The notes beneath the pieces were generated by a model, which saw only the letters and a program-made list of their open reading frames with translations, was not told where the DNA came from and did no database searches. Positions 17,008 through 27,762 of a stretch of 64,000 nucleotides of DNA are shown one piece after another; the first letter of the stretch is position 1; each line of letters opens with the position of its first letter. This DNA is from Bdellovibrionota bacterium (GTDB lineage Bacteria > Bdellovibrionota_C > UBA2361 > JAAYZI01). A program made the position numbers and the translations under genes. The stretch covers positions 64,001 to 128,000 of the forward strand of contig JBMNIF010000003.1 of assembly GCA_050950765.1 (NCBI GenBank), given 5' to 3'.

Positions 17008-19242
17008 TCACTTTACAAGAAAAGGCACCTCCCTACTAAAGATACTACCGTCATAACCTGCTATATCAACAACAGCTTGTAAAACATGTTGCCCTTTTTG
17101 CACCTGCCAAAAAAACCTTCCGTTTCTCTTTTTTGAAACACCAACCTCTACACCGTTTAATAACCAGTGTACACTTAAAACACCTTCAAGGGGTGTAATT
17201 TCAAAGATTAAAGCTTCCTCACTATCGGGGATCCTCGGATCCATAGCCACTTTCATATTAGGTAATGGATAAACGATCTCGACCTCGTCCAACGCCGTAG
17301 CCGTTACTGATTTTTTACGATGGTTAGCATGACACTGTTTTGTAGGGATCGTATCTTTTACAAATAATTCAGTAACTTTCGGGCAATTCTGATCTGGTAA
17401 AAGTCCCGTTACGGCACAGACTTTAACGTGATCAAGTGAAGGGTCAATTTGCAACTTTCCAAAATGAGCGATCTTTCCCAACTCTCCAAAAGCAGATCTT
17501 ACAACAGAAACAGGACCAACAGCTCCTGAGAGATCACGCATCGGTTGTCTCGTCAAATTTCCCATCCAGACTCCAACTACAAAACGGTTATTATACCCCA
17601 GCGCCCAAGCATCACGGAAATCGTTAGAGGTGCCCGTTTTTACAGCGACAGGAAACTGAAATTGCAACAAACCATAACGCCCGAACTCTAATCTGCGCGC
17701 TTCAGGATCTGAAAGGATATCGTTAATTATTGAAGTGACCTCACTTGAAAAAACTTGTCGTTTTTTAAGGTTCTGTTTTTTAGGGTCTTCTAGATATGAT
17801 AGATCACTATAAAGCCCCATACGTGCTAACACACCGTACGCCCTAACCAATTCAAAGAGGGTCACCTCCCCATTTCCTAGAGCTAGACCATCTCCATAAA
17901 ACTCAGCACGTTCTTGTAAACTAGCAAAACCTAATTTTCTTAATCTGTTTAAAAGATCCTCCACTCCAACAAAATGAGTTGTTCTAACTACGGGAGTATT
18001 TAATGAATTACCTAACGCTTGGCGCAACCTAATTGGACCGTAATAAACCCTACTGAAGTTCTGATATTGATGCACACCACCATTTATCGCTTCGCTAATA
18101 GGGGCATCATCAATAATAGTTGCAGCGGTCCAACCTTTTTCCAGTGCGAGTGCGTAAACAAACGGTTTTAAGGTAGAACCAGGTTGGCGTAACGTCGTAA
18201 TAGCATCGATCTGACTCCCCTCTTCACTTCCAAATACTCCGCTATTAGCCCAGACTAAGATCTGATTACTTACAATATCAGCGACTAAAATCGCACCATC
18301 GTGCACATCATGCTCTTGTAGCCTCTTAATCTGTTCATCAAGCACTCTTTTCAAACGAGTTTGTAAGTTACTATCTAAAGTTGTTCTTAATTTACCGTCA
18401 CGGATATTTTTTAATGCAGTGCTATTTTGCGTTATCTTTTGCACAAGATGCGAAGCATCAACTCCTAAGCTTGCCTCTCTTAAAAGAAGTTTTTCTGACT
18501 TAAGTAGATCGAGATCTTCCGGTGTTAAGAGCCCTGCCTCCTCCATTTTTAATGCCGTCAGAACAGTTACGGAGTTAAGTTTTTTTAAATTACGTTTCGG
18601 ATCCCACGCACTAGGTGCTCTCACTAATACTGCTAAAGCCAAGATCTCTTTTTTACTTAATGTCGTGAGGCTACGATCAAAGTAATATTTAGCACTTTGT
18701 GCTACACCCCGTAACCTTCTGCCGTAAGGCACCTGATTGAGATAGAAATTTAAGATATCACCTTTACTGAACTTCCTTTCAAGTTGATAGGCTTCGATCC
18801 CTTCCAGCCATTTTGAGCATAAAGTTCTAGGACGTGGATGCAAAAGACGTACAACCTGTTCAGAGATAGTGCTAGCTCCACGAACTATCCTACCAGCAGA
18901 AAGGCTTTGCCACAGGGCGTTAAAACGTGCTAGCCAATCAACTCCGTGGTGTTGGAAAAAACGTTTATCTTCAGAAAAAACGAAAGTATCTCTTAAGAAT
19001 TGAGGCATCTCATGTAGAGGTACCTGTGCAGTAACGTTCCAGCGGCTCTGATATGTTCTAGACAACTCCTTTCCATTACGATCTAGTATCTGAACCTTAT
19101 CAAGGGGATCTGAAGGAACTTCCAAAGAATCAGGAAGTGGTTGTAGATTAAAAAAGGTAAAGATGAACAAAACACTAAGGAGTGTTACGCCAAGAGTAAG
19201 AGAAAAGATAAGAAAATTCTTTTTTGTTAGAGAAGCAAGCAC
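17008..19242 (-). CDS. pbpC: Penicillin-binding protein 1C
   Basis: SEDKRFFQHHGVD and GASTISEQ transglycosylase motifs; RQPGSTLKPF, SLN and KTGTS transpeptidase motifs; C-terminal beta domain. Confidence 0.88.
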   Translation of the reverse strand: MLASLTKKNFLIFSLTLGVTLLSVLFIFTFFNLQPLPDSLEVPSDPLDKVQILDRNGKELSRTYQSRWNVTAQVPLHEMPQFLRDTFVFSEDKRFFQHHGVDWLARFNALWQSLSAGRIVRGASTISEQVVRLLHPRPRTLCSKWLEGIEAYQLERKFSKGDILNFYLNQVPYGRRLRGVAQSAKYYFDRSLTTLSKKEILALAVLVRAPSAWDPKRNLKKLNSVTVLTALKMEEAGLLTPEDLDLLKSEKLLLREASLGVDASHLVQKITQNSTALKNIRDGKLRTTLDSNLQTRLKRVLDEQIKRLQEHDVHDGAILVADIVSNQILVWANSGVFGSEEGSQIDAITTLRQPGSTLKPFVYALALEKGWTAATIIDDAPISEAINGGVHQYQNFSRVYYGPIRLRQALGNSLNTPVVRTTHFVGVEDLLNRLRKLGFASLQERAEFYGDGLALGNGEVTLFELVRAYGVLARMGLYSDLSYLEDPKKQNLKKRQVFSSEVTSIINDILSDPEARRLEFGRYGLLQFQFPVAVKTGTSNDFRDAWALGYNNRFVVGVWMGNLTRQPMRDLSGAVGPVSVVRSAFGELGKIAHFGKLQIDPSLDHVKVCAVTGLLPDQNCPKVTELFVKDTIPTKQCHANHRKKSVTATALDEVEIVYPLPNMKVAMDPRIPDSEEALIFEITPLEGVLSVHWLLNGVEVGVSKKRNGRFFWQVQKGQHVLQAVVDIAGYDGSIFSREVPFLVK

Positions 19243-19272
19243 ACTTCCTCGCCACCGTAATTAGGGATTATA

Positions 19273-20133
19273 TTAACTATCTTCAAGAGTCTGATCTACC
19301 TCTAGCCGCAACGCAATATCAACCCAAGTCGCAGCTGTGACCATAGCACTCGTTGAAACACACTTTACACCCAACTTTACTAATTTTTGCATCTTATCAG
19401 AATTAACCCGTCCCGAAACCTCAACTTGAAGTGTTGGTGCATTTTTTTCTAACCAGTTCAAAGCATCTCTTAGCGCCACCTCTTCCATATTATCTAGCAT
19501 AACGATTTCAGCGCCACCCTTAACAGCCTCCAACAACTCTTTCATGTTGCGAACTTCTACTTCAACGGGCATATAGATCGGTTTTTTCTCCATTACACGC
19601 TTTAAGATCTTATTAAGATCTCCAGCATTAACATCAATGTGGTTGTTTTTGATCAGAATCATATCAGAGAGGCTTTCACGGTGGCTACGCATTCCGCCAA
19701 TGCGTGCTGCATATTTCTCCAAAATCCTCCAAGCAGGGGTCGTTTTTCTCGTGTCAAGTACAGTCAAACCTTCAGCAGCCTCAACTAATTCTCTTGCCTT
19801 TGTTGCTACACCAGAAAGGTGTTGTAAAAAATTAAGGATAATCCTTTCAGCACTTAAAATATACTGCGCGCACCCCTGTAAGCGCCCAAAAACGGTTCCC
19901 TCTTTAAGATAATCACCATCTGCGAAATCAGATTCAAAGAGCACAGGCCAGCCCAACTCTTCAAAGATCAGATCAACCATAACGGTACCACAAAGAACAC
20001 AATCTTCTTTGACATACAGATATCCCGTCGCATCGATCTCAGGAGGTACTGTCAATTCACTTGTAATATCCCCACTTCCGAGATCCTCCTCTATCGCCAA
20101 TTGAATTAAACGCCTGATCTGGTTTTGCATCAC
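19273..20133 (-). CDS. nadC: Quinolinate phosphoribosyltransferase (nicotinate-nucleotide diphosphorylase)
   Basis: EEDLGSGDITS, AERIILNFLQHLSGVAT, LDTRKTTP, EVEV, VMLDNM. Confidence 0.95.
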   Translation of the reverse strand: MMQNQIRRLIQLAIEEDLGSGDITSELTVPPEIDATGYLYVKEDCVLCGTVMVDLIFEELGWPVLFESDFADGDYLKEGTVFGRLQGCAQYILSAERIILNFLQHLSGVATKARELVEAAEGLTVLDTRKTTPAWRILEKYAARIGGMRSHRESLSDMILIKNNHIDVNAGDLNKILKRVMEKKPIYMPVEVEVRNMKELLEAVKGGAEIVMLDNMEEVALRDALNWLEKNAPTLQVEVSGRVNSDKMQKLVKLGVKCVSTSAMVTAATWVDIALRLEVDQTLEDS

Positions 20134-20205
20134 ACTCTCTCAGAAAATAAAAACACTCATTATGAAGGTATCAATAGTAATAAACCCACCTTATAAAGGA
20201 GCCGT

Positions 20206-23200
20206 TTATTGAAAAGTTAATACCAACCTCCCAAAAAGTTGCTCGACCTCATCACTTAACTCCTCTGAGGGGATAACTTTAATAAAACCACCTTCACCAT
20301 CTCCTAACTTTAGAGAAACCTCCTCATTTGTGCGAAATTGTACCTTCGCACAGATCGGACACGTTCCCTCATGCTTTTTTAAGATCTTTTTAAGGAGCTC
20401 TAAACGATCATCGAACTCGTCATCGGCTTTAAAAGACAACACTCCCTGCGTGGCTTTACGATCTCTGATATCAATCAAAGACTCCAGTTTTTCAACCACT
20501 AAAGTGCAACGACCTTCCCCCACATCGACCCTACCGGTGGCAACGATCGGATCATCAGCAACTAAGATATGTGAGTACTCGGCATAAACAGAGGGCCAAA
20601 CTATCGTTTCAACAGTCCCAAGCCAGTCTTCCAAGATAAAAGAGGCATAACGATCACCCTTCTTAGTGTTTTTTAAACGTAACGCTGTTACGACACCACC
20701 TACACTAACACTTTTTTGAGCTCCACCCTCTCTTAATTTTTCCGTTGTACACACCCCCAACCCTGCCAGAGCTAGTTTATATTTTTCTAAAGGATGACCC
20801 GAAATATAGAAACCGAGCGCCTCACGTTCAAAAGCTAATTTCTGATTGATCGGCCACTCCGGAGTATTTGTACGACGGCGTTGAATAGAAGTGAATTCGG
20901 CGCTACCAAAAAGTTCAATCTGCAAAGAGTCTTTATTTTTTTGTAGAGATTGCCCTGCCTTTAAAATATCATCAAGTGAATCAAACATCTCATGTCTTGA
21001 AACTTCACTAAAATCAAAAGCTCCACATTTAATAAAATTTTCTAAAACCCTTTTATTGATACTACGGAGATCAACTCTCGTAACAAAGTCCTCTAAATCT
21101 TTAAATGATCCATTAGCTTGACGTTCATCAACAACAGCTTGAGCAGCTTTATCTCCCACACCTTTAATCGCTGAAAGCCCGTAACGAATTTTACCGTCGG
21201 AAACAGAAAAATCAGAAGCACTGAGATTAACATCCGGCGGAAGAACATCAATCTTTCTGTTACGACACTCTGTTAAATTCTTCAGAGTTTTATCACTATC
21301 CTCCATTTCATGGGAAAGAAGCGCAGCCATAAACTCCACAGGATAGTGTGTTTTTAGATACGCTGTCTGATATGTCACCATAGCGTATGCGGCAGAGTGG
21401 CTACGGTTAAAGCCGTAACGGGCGAAGGTCTCCATCTGATCGAATATCTCTGTCGCTATCTCTCGTTTTGTACCGTTTTTTAAGGCTCCTTCAACAAAAT
21501 GCCCACGTTGTTTCGCCATCTCCTCGACCTTTTTCTTACCCATAGCACGTCGTAAGATATCAGCTTCTCCAAGTGAGTATCCTGCTAAAGATTGTACCAA
21601 CTGCATAATCTGCTCTTGATACAAGATAATTCCATAGGTATCTGCAAGTATCGGTTCCATTGATTCATGCAGATAATTGACCTCTTCCCTGCCCTGTTTA
21701 CGTTCAATGTAGCGATCAACCATCCCAGCATCTAACGGTCCAGGGCGGTACAGAGCTAAGATAGCGACTAGGTCATCAAAACAGCTCGGCTTTAAGCGCA
21801 TCGTCATCTCAGTAATACCGGAGCTCTCTAACTGAAAAACACCGATAGTTTCTCCTGAACACAACATCTCATAAGTTAGAGCATCATCAACTGGCAAATT
21901 ATCGATATCAATATCTTTCCCGTGAGTTTCCTTAATATGAGCTAAAGCAGCATAAATAACTGTTAAGGTCTTTAAGCCAAGAAAATCAAACTTTACTAAG
22001 CCCACCTTTTCAACATACTTAGCGGCGAATTGAGTTACGTCATTGCCATCTTTATCAACAAGTAGTGGTAAGGTTTCACTTAGAGGTTTTTCTCCGATCA
22101 CAACACCAGCGGCGTGTGTTGAAGTATGGCGGGTTAGCCCTTCTAATTTTAAAGCCAGATCTATCAGTTGTTTCCCCTCTCCTGCGGCATAATCAGCTAA
22201 CTTCTTCTCCATCTTGATAGCTTCTTCTAAGGGGCAATCTGCACCTTGACGGGGAGCAAGCACCAACTGTGCCACCCGATCTGTTTCTCCATAAGGGATC
22301 CCTAAAACACGCCCAACGTCTTTGATAACTCCCTTAGCTTTTAAGGTACCAAAGGTGCCGATCTGAGAAACACGATCTTTTCCGTAACGATTAGAGACGT
22401 ATTCGATGACACGACTACGTCCTTTAATACAGAAGTCCACGTCTATATCGGGAAGTGAAACACGTTCAGGATTTAAGAAACGTTCAAAGAGGAGTTTATG
22501 ACGAATCGGATCTATTGACGTTATACGCATAGCAAACGCCACTAAAGAACCGGCTGCACTACCACGCCCTGGTCCTACGGGTACGCCGTGATCTTTAGAC
22601 CAGTTGATAAAATCTGCCACTACCAAAAAATAACCGGCAAATCCCATAGTATCAATCAGACCTATCTCTCGTTCTAAGCGCTCTTCATAAACTTTGTGAT
22701 CTACAACAATGCCCTGTTCCTGCATCGTTTTTAATCTCGTCTCCAACCCAGCACGAGCTTTATCTGACATCGATTCAATCAAAGTCTTTCCAGGCTTTAA
22801 ATCATACTTAGGCATGAAGTATTTAGAGAAATCAAAGTGCAACTCACACTTCTCTGCGATGGCGACTGTATTTGAAATGGCACTTTCAACACTTTCTAGA
22901 GGGTAATCAGTACCAAAAGCTTCACGCATCTCATCAGCAGATCTTAAATAAAGCTCACAACCTTCATGCCTCATCCTGTCTGGATCTGTGATAAGTTTTC
23001 CGGTAGCGATACACATCAACACTTCTTGAGCAAAAGCATCTTCTTTTTTCAGATAGTGACAATCGTTTGTAGCAACTAGCTCCACCCCAAACTCTTTTGA
23101 GAGTGCAATGCAAGCTTTATTAATCTTTTTTTGCTCAGGGATCTGATGTGGTTGGATCTCAAGAAAAAAATCTTCTCCGAAAGTTTCTAAATAAAAATTA

Positions 23201-23685
23201 AGAGCTTTGTGTAACCCTTTTTCATCGTCAAGCTTGATATGGTGTGCCAATTCACCAGATAAACAGCCACTTAAAACGATTAGCCCTTCGCGATATTTTT
23301 GCAACAACTCATGATCAATACGGGGTTTAAAATAAAACCCCTCTTTATAGGCTAAAGTCGCTAGACGACATAAATTATGATAGCCGTCATTATTTTTTGC
23401 TAACACTGTTAAGTGATGTGTGGGGGCTCCGCCCTGTAATTTAGTCTTACGTTCGTGACGAGAAAGAGGATTAAGATAAAATTCGCAACCTAAAATAGAT
23501 TTAATTCCAACCGTTTGAGCTATATCGTAGAACTCCAGCACTCCGTGCATATTACCGTGATCGGTAATGGCGATAGCAGGTTGCCCCAGCTTTTTAGCCT
23601 CTTCTAAAACTTCCGGAATCTTATTGGCTCCATCCAGTAAACTATACTGTGTATGCAGATGCAGGTGTACAAATTGTGAACTCAC
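20206..23685 (-). CDS. dnaE: DNA polymerase III alpha subunit
   Basis: FVHLHLHTQYSLLDGA PHP domain, GRGSAAGS, PDIDVDF, KFDFLGL, YGFNRSHSAAY; likely GTG start at 23685. Confidence 0.98.
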   Translation of the reverse strand: MSSQFVHLHLHTQYSLLDGANKIPEVLEEAKKLGQPAIAITDHGNMHGVLEFYDIAQTVGIKSILGCEFYLNPLSRHERKTKLQGGAPTHHLTVLAKNNDGYHNLCRLATLAYKEGFYFKPRIDHELLQKYREGLIVLSGCLSGELAHHIKLDDEKGLHKALNFYLETFGEDFFLEIQPHQIPEQKKINKACIALSKEFGVELVATNDCHYLKKEDAFAQEVLMCIATGKLITDPDRMRHEGCELYLRSADEMREAFGTDYPLESVESAISNTVAIAEKCELHFDFSKYFMPKYDLKPGKTLIESMSDKARAGLETRLKTMQEQGIVVDHKVYEERLEREIGLIDTMGFAGYFLVVADFINWSKDHGVPVGPGRGSAAGSLVAFAMRITSIDPIRHKLLFERFLNPERVSLPDIDVDFCIKGRSRVIEYVSNRYGKDRVSQIGTFGTLKAKGVIKDVGRVLGIPYGETDRVAQLVLAPRQGADCPLEEAIKMEKKLADYAAGEGKQLIDLALKLEGLTRHTSTHAAGVVIGEKPLSETLPLLVDKDGNDVTQFAAKYVEKVGLVKFDFLGLKTLTVIYAALAHIKETHGKDIDIDNLPVDDALTYEMLCSGETIGVFQLESSGITEMTMRLKPSCFDDLVAILALYRPGPLDAGMVDRYIERKQGREEVNYLHESMEPILADTYGIILYQEQIMQLVQSLAGYSLGEADILRRAMGKKKVEEMAKQRGHFVEGALKNGTKREIATEIFDQMETFARYGFNRSHSAAYAMVTYQTAYLKTHYPVEFMAALLSHEMEDSDKTLKNLTECRNRKIDVLPPDVNLSASDFSVSDGKIRYGLSAIKGVGDKAAQAVVDERQANGSFKDLEDFVTRVDLRSINKRVLENFIKCGAFDFSEVSRHEMFDSLDDILKAGQSLQKNKDSLQIELFGSAEFTSIQRRRTNTPEWPINQKLAFEREALGFYISGHPLEKYKLALAGLGVCTTEKLREGGAQKSVSVGGVVTALRLKNTKKGDRYASFILEDWLGTVETIVWPSVYAEYSHILVADDPIVATGRVDVGEGRCTLVVEKLESLIDIRDRKATQGVLSFKADDEFDDRLELLKKILKKHEGTCPICAKVQFRTNEEVSLKLGDGEGGFIKVIPSEELSDEVEQLFGRLVLTFQ

Positions 23686-23882
23686 AAATACTCTCCCCCA
23701 AAAACGATCAGATGATTGCACATCTTCTCACAGGCGACCTTCTCTCTCAATCCCCTTCAAAAAATCAATAAAACTAAGTTATTATAATAGAGGTAATTAT
23801 TGAATTGATTTAAGGCTTTGAAGAGCTTCAATCTTTATTAAGTATGTACTATAAAGCTTAAGAAGATCTATCATAAAAAAAT

Positions 23883-24179
23883 ATGGGACGAAAATTTCAA
23901 AGACGCATTGAAACATTTACCTGCTTACATTGTGGAAGTGAGGTTCACGGTAACGGTTACACTAATCACTGCCCTAACTGTCTCTTTAGTCGACATGTAG
24001 ATATTTTTCCAGGAGATAGAGCCGAAACGTGTGGCGGGCTGATGCAGCCGGTGCGTGCCACCCTTCTTCACGGAGAGTTAATTATTGAGCACCGTTGTAT
24101 CAAGTGCGGTTACACTCGTAAAAATAAAGTTGCAGAAGATGATAATAAAGAGATCTTATATCCGCTTTTAAATTCCTAA
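23883..24179 (+). CDS. RNHCP domain-containing zinc-binding protein
   Basis: FTCLHCG, TNHCPNCLFSRHVD..PGDRA..CGGLM, HRCIKCG. Confidence 0.88.
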   Translation: MGRKFQRRIETFTCLHCGSEVHGNGYTNHCPNCLFSRHVDIFPGDRAETCGGLMQPVRATLLHGELIIEHRCIKCGYTRKNKVAEDDNKEILYPLLNS

Positions 24180-24209
24180 TCTTCCCTAAGCAAGGTTGTA
24201 AAAGAGAGC

Positions 24210-24983
24210 TTATTCTCTAGCAGCAACACTTTTTAATCCGAGAAAACCAGGAGCGCTCATCATCACTTTTGAGTTTCTATTTCCAACTTGCGCTAAGGCG
24301 TTGGCGCTGGAAAAGCTTAAGAGATGAAATTTAATGTGTGGCCACATCTTTTTAAAATATAAAACAGAATCTGAATAATATGAGAGATCGAAAACTCTAA
24401 AACCGTATTTTTCAACGAGATCTGGGATGGCACTTTTTCGATACGGTGTCTTATCCATAGTAGTCGGAATAGCCACAGCACCAACAGCATCGATCTTTGA
24501 GAGCACCTCTTCAAAGGGACGCTCCAGTAAATAATTAGCGTTACCGGCAGCGCTTTCAGGAACTCCTAAATCTCTTAAAAACTCCTCAACTTCTTTACTT
24601 CTAAAACTATCTGGGAAAAGACACAACAAAAGCACATCATTACACCCTGCCATAACACATCTGATAACGACTCCAGGGATAACTGTTACAGGAGTAGTTT
24701 TGGCGGCTTCTCTAACACGGTCGATATAACAACCGGTAAAATAGTCCGTCACTGCAATCACATCGAGCCCCTTAACCTTTGCTAGGCGCACCAAAGCTGG
24801 TGCAGTATCGATCCCTTCAAGCGCCATATACCCGAGTGAGGATGGACTATGGATACGTAGATCCATAACATACCCTTTCTTAGTGCCTTCATGTTCGATC
24901 TTGGCAGACAACTTACTCTTATTCGTATTACTCCCACTCTTTTCGATTTTTATCTGTTCTCTTAATGCACTTTTTTTTGTCAT
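24210..24983 (-). CDS. PHP-fold protein with degenerate metal ligands
   Basis: DLRIHSP, GLDVIAVTDY, VIPGVVI follow the PHP domain layout. Confidence 0.7.
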   Translation of the reverse strand: MTKKSALREQIKIEKSGSNTNKSKLSAKIEHEGTKKGYVMDLRIHSPSSLGYMALEGIDTAPALVRLAKVKGLDVIAVTDYFTGCYIDRVREAAKTTPVTVIPGVVIRCVMAGCNDVLLLCLFPDSFRSKEVEEFLRDLGVPESAAGNANYLLERPFEEVLSKIDAVGAVAIPTTMDKTPYRKSAIPDLVEKYGFRVFDLSYYSDSVLYFKKMWPHIKFHLLSFSSANALAQVGNRNSKVMMSAPGFLGLKSVAARE

Positions 24984-25012
24984 CTCCCCCTTCTCCTTTA
25001 TTATATGAATTT

Positions 25013-25534
25013 TTAACGCATAAATTTTGCTCCAGAGATCGGTCTGTTCGAAACGATCCCCTCTCTTTGCTTTTGTGATCTTTCAGCGTCCTGCGCTGCT
25101 TCTTCGTCGCTAATTCTGTTTTGTGTTGAACGGCTTTCAGAAAGCATCGTTTTGATTGTAGCTAATTGCGATTCAATCCTATCTATATCTGATCCATTGG
25201 GAACTTTCTGAAGAGCATCCTGAATGCCATCTAATTTGACGATGATACTATTAAGTCTTGTTTGGAGGAGATCAAACTTACCTTCAAAGACTCTAAAATC
25301 GGTAACGGTAACCAGCCCTAACATCCTTCCAATTGTAGTGGCACTAATCTCAGCACCAAGTCTACCATCATTATCAGAAAGCACCTTGTTGGTGTTTTTA
25401 TCCAGCTCTTGTGTTGATTCATCTAATTTATTACGAGCTGCCGCAAACTTCTCCAACTTATGATTTAAATCTTCAGACTCATCAATCTTTTTATTTTCAC
25501 CACTTCCGCTATCTTCAGTCACGCCATCCCCCAT
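25013..25534 (-). CDS. Hypothetical coiled-coil protein
   Basis: 173-aa ORF with heptad-like charged segments, co-oriented with the PHP gene. Confidence 0.65.
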   Translation of the reverse strand: MGDGVTEDSGSGENKKIDESEDLNHKLEKFAAARNKLDESTQELDKNTNKVLSDNDGRLGAEISATTIGRMLGLVTVTDFRVFEGKFDLLQTRLNSIIVKLDGIQDALQKVPNGSDIDRIESQLATIKTMLSESRSTQNRISDEEAAQDAERSQKQREGIVSNRPISGAKFMR

Positions 25535-25704
25535 CTGTATAAATTTTTACTGCCGTCTTGATGTACGATGAGGTTGTGTTTAAAGAAGATTCGGAAAAAT
25601 TAAGTGGAGGATTACTTAGGCTTTGAAGATAAAACAGGGGAAAATCCAAATATCTAAAAGATCGCTCTTTAACTCTTTTCTAGTGGGTGTTAGGTTATCA
25701 AGGT

Positions 25705-26829
25705 ATGAGTAAACCTTTTCCTGATATTATTGTTATTGGTGGCGGAGTTATCGGGCTTGCTTCTGCATGGAAGTTAGCACAACGTGGGGTCAGAGTTAAG
25801 CTTTTAGAGCGGAACTTCTGCGGCTGTGGTGCTTCAAATGCTTCAATGGGAGTGTTAGCGCCCCCGACACCACTTTCGCACAACCCTTTACAACTTATTC
25901 ACCGTAAAAGCCTAAGCATCTTCTCAGATTTTGTTGAAGATCTAGAAAACTGTTCTGGGATTAAGGTCAACTTCACTCGGTGCGGTTCTTTAGAAATCAT
26001 TCCCAGCGGAACTCAATATGAAAGAGCAAGAAGGGAAACACTTTTTACAAAAGAGAACACAACCGTAGAAAACTTGCCGAGTGTTCAAGTCCTATCCCCA
26101 AAAGAGGTCTTAGATCTGGAGCCGAGTGTCAATGTTTTAGAATATGGCGCTTTATATACCCCATCTGCAGCGAAGGTTGATGTCGAACCTTTTATTCAAG
26201 CTCTAAAAGCGGCGTGTCTTAATAGCGGAGTTGAGATAATTGAGGGGAAAGCAGTTGAAAAAATTATAGTAGCTAATGGCAGTGTTAACGGAGTGATAGT
26301 TTCAGGAAGTACCCTACCGTGTGCTAAAATATTAGCTGCCGCGGGAGTTTGGATGCCAGACTTAGGATCTCCTGTTAATACCTATACAACTATAACACCT
26401 GTTAGAGGTCAGGGAATTTTAATAAAATTTGCGGGGCTGCGCCGTATTATCAAGTGGCAAAAAGGGTATTTAGTACCGTATCCAAATAATACCGTCGCAC
26501 TAGGTGGTACTACCGAGAAAAAAGCTGGTTTTGATGAGAGCTGCACAGTTGATGGCATCGCAAGCATTTTAGAAAGAGCAAAAACTGTTTTCCCTGCCAT
26601 TACTCCTGCAACTTTTATTAAGCATTGGGCGGGACTACGCCCTGCCCCCGCGGATAGACGTCCTTTTATGGGACGAATACCGAACATAAACGGACTATCT
26701 GTTTCAGGTGGTCATTACAAGATCGGTTTTAGCTTAGTTCCATATTCATCAGAGGTTATAAGCCGCGCTATCTTAGCAGAGGAAGATCCTGCTGAACTTC
26801 TGCCATTTTCGCCACGGGAGGTGCATTGA
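25705..26829 (+). CDS. FAD-dependent oxidoreductase, glycine oxidase (ThiO/DAO family)
   Basis: IIVIGGGVIG, GASNASMG, PVRGQ, WAGLRP, GHYKIGF. Confidence 0.85.
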   Translation: MSKPFPDIIVIGGGVIGLASAWKLAQRGVRVKLLERNFCGCGASNASMGVLAPPTPLSHNPLQLIHRKSLSIFSDFVEDLENCSGIKVNFTRCGSLEIIPSGTQYERARRETLFTKENTTVENLPSVQVLSPKEVLDLEPSVNVLEYGALYTPSAAKVDVEPFIQALKAACLNSGVEIIEGKAVEKIIVANGSVNGVIVSGSTLPCAKILAAAGVWMPDLGSPVNTYTTITPVRGQGILIKFAGLRRIIKWQKGYLVPYPNNTVALGGTTEKKAGFDESCTVDGIASILERAKTVFPAITPATFIKHWAGLRPAPADRRPFMGRIPNINGLSVSGGHYKIGFSLVPYSSEVISRAILAEEDPAELLPFSPREVH

Positions 26830-26830
26830 G

Positions 26831-27376
26831 GTGGGAGAAAGTGTTCCAGCTAAACAGTGCTTATTTATTTTAGTTGCTTTTAGTCGCTATCAAGAGGCTT
26901 TAGAGTGGGGAGTGAATCAACTTACTTCTAAATTTGGCGCACCCCTACTTCAAAGTGGTGTATTACCTTTTAATGAGACGACTTATTACACCCCTGAGAT
27001 GGGGAGTGATTTACTGATACAACTTACTGCCTTTAATCTGATTGATCCGAGCACACTCTCTGCAATCAAAAATCACACTAACGAACTTGAGGTTATTTAT
27101 AAAGAAAACGTAACAGTGCCGGAGGAACGTCCTCTTAATTTAGATCCAGGTTATCTAAACGCAAATAAGTTTGTTTTGGCGACAACTAAAGATGCTAACC
27201 ACAGGCTTTATTTAGGAGATGGTATTTATGCAGAGAGCACCTTGTATTTTCAAAGTGCTGCTTGGCAAAACTGGTCATGGACATATAGAAACTATCAGCG
27301 GCAAGACCATAAAGATTTTTTATTAACTTGCAGAAAAGCTTTCTTAAAGGAGATCGCCTCCCCAAGCACCTTGTAA
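26831..27376 (+). CDS. DUF4416 family protein
   Basis: TTYYTPEMG, RPLNLDPGYL, VLATTKD..HRLYLGDGIYAE. Confidence 0.88.
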   Translation: MGESVPAKQCLFILVAFSRYQEALEWGVNQLTSKFGAPLLQSGVLPFNETTYYTPEMGSDLLIQLTAFNLIDPSTLSAIKNHTNELEVIYKENVTVPEERPLNLDPGYLNANKFVLATTKDANHRLYLGDGIYAESTLYFQSAAWQNWSWTYRNYQRQDHKDFLLTCRKAFLKEIASPSTL

Positions 27377-27480
27377 GGATAATCAATAAAAATAGGTGAG
27401 ACTAATTTGACCTTTTAAAACCTTACTTTTCAATTCATACAACTTAGAGTATTAGAGAGATATCAATTTATAATAAACAG

Positions 27481-27738
27481 GTGATTCCTATGGAGACAAG
27501 AGTAGCTATTATCGGCATAATCGTTAAAGATGGAAGTTCTGTGGAAGCTCTGAATCAACTTCTGCATGAATACAGAGACCATATCATCGGCAGAATGGGG
27601 CTACCCTATAAGGCGAAGGGTATCAATCTGATTAGCGTTGCTATTGATGCTCCGCAAGACACTATCAATAGCCTCTCTGGAAAGATCGGAAAGCTTGCAG
27701 GGGTTAGTTCAAGAACATCGTACGCCGATCCTGACTGA
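27481..27738 (+). CDS. TM1266-family iron-only hydrogenase system putative regulator
   Basis: TRVAIIGIIV, LLHEY..HIIGRMGLPY, LSGKIGKLAGVS; directly upstream of hydE. Confidence 0.9.
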   Translation: MIPMETRVAIIGIIVKDGSSVEALNQLLHEYRDHIIGRMGLPYKAKGINLISVAIDAPQDTINSLSGKIGKLAGVSSRTSYADPD

Positions 27739-27762
27739 TATAGTGTAAGAGTTTTTCGCTCC

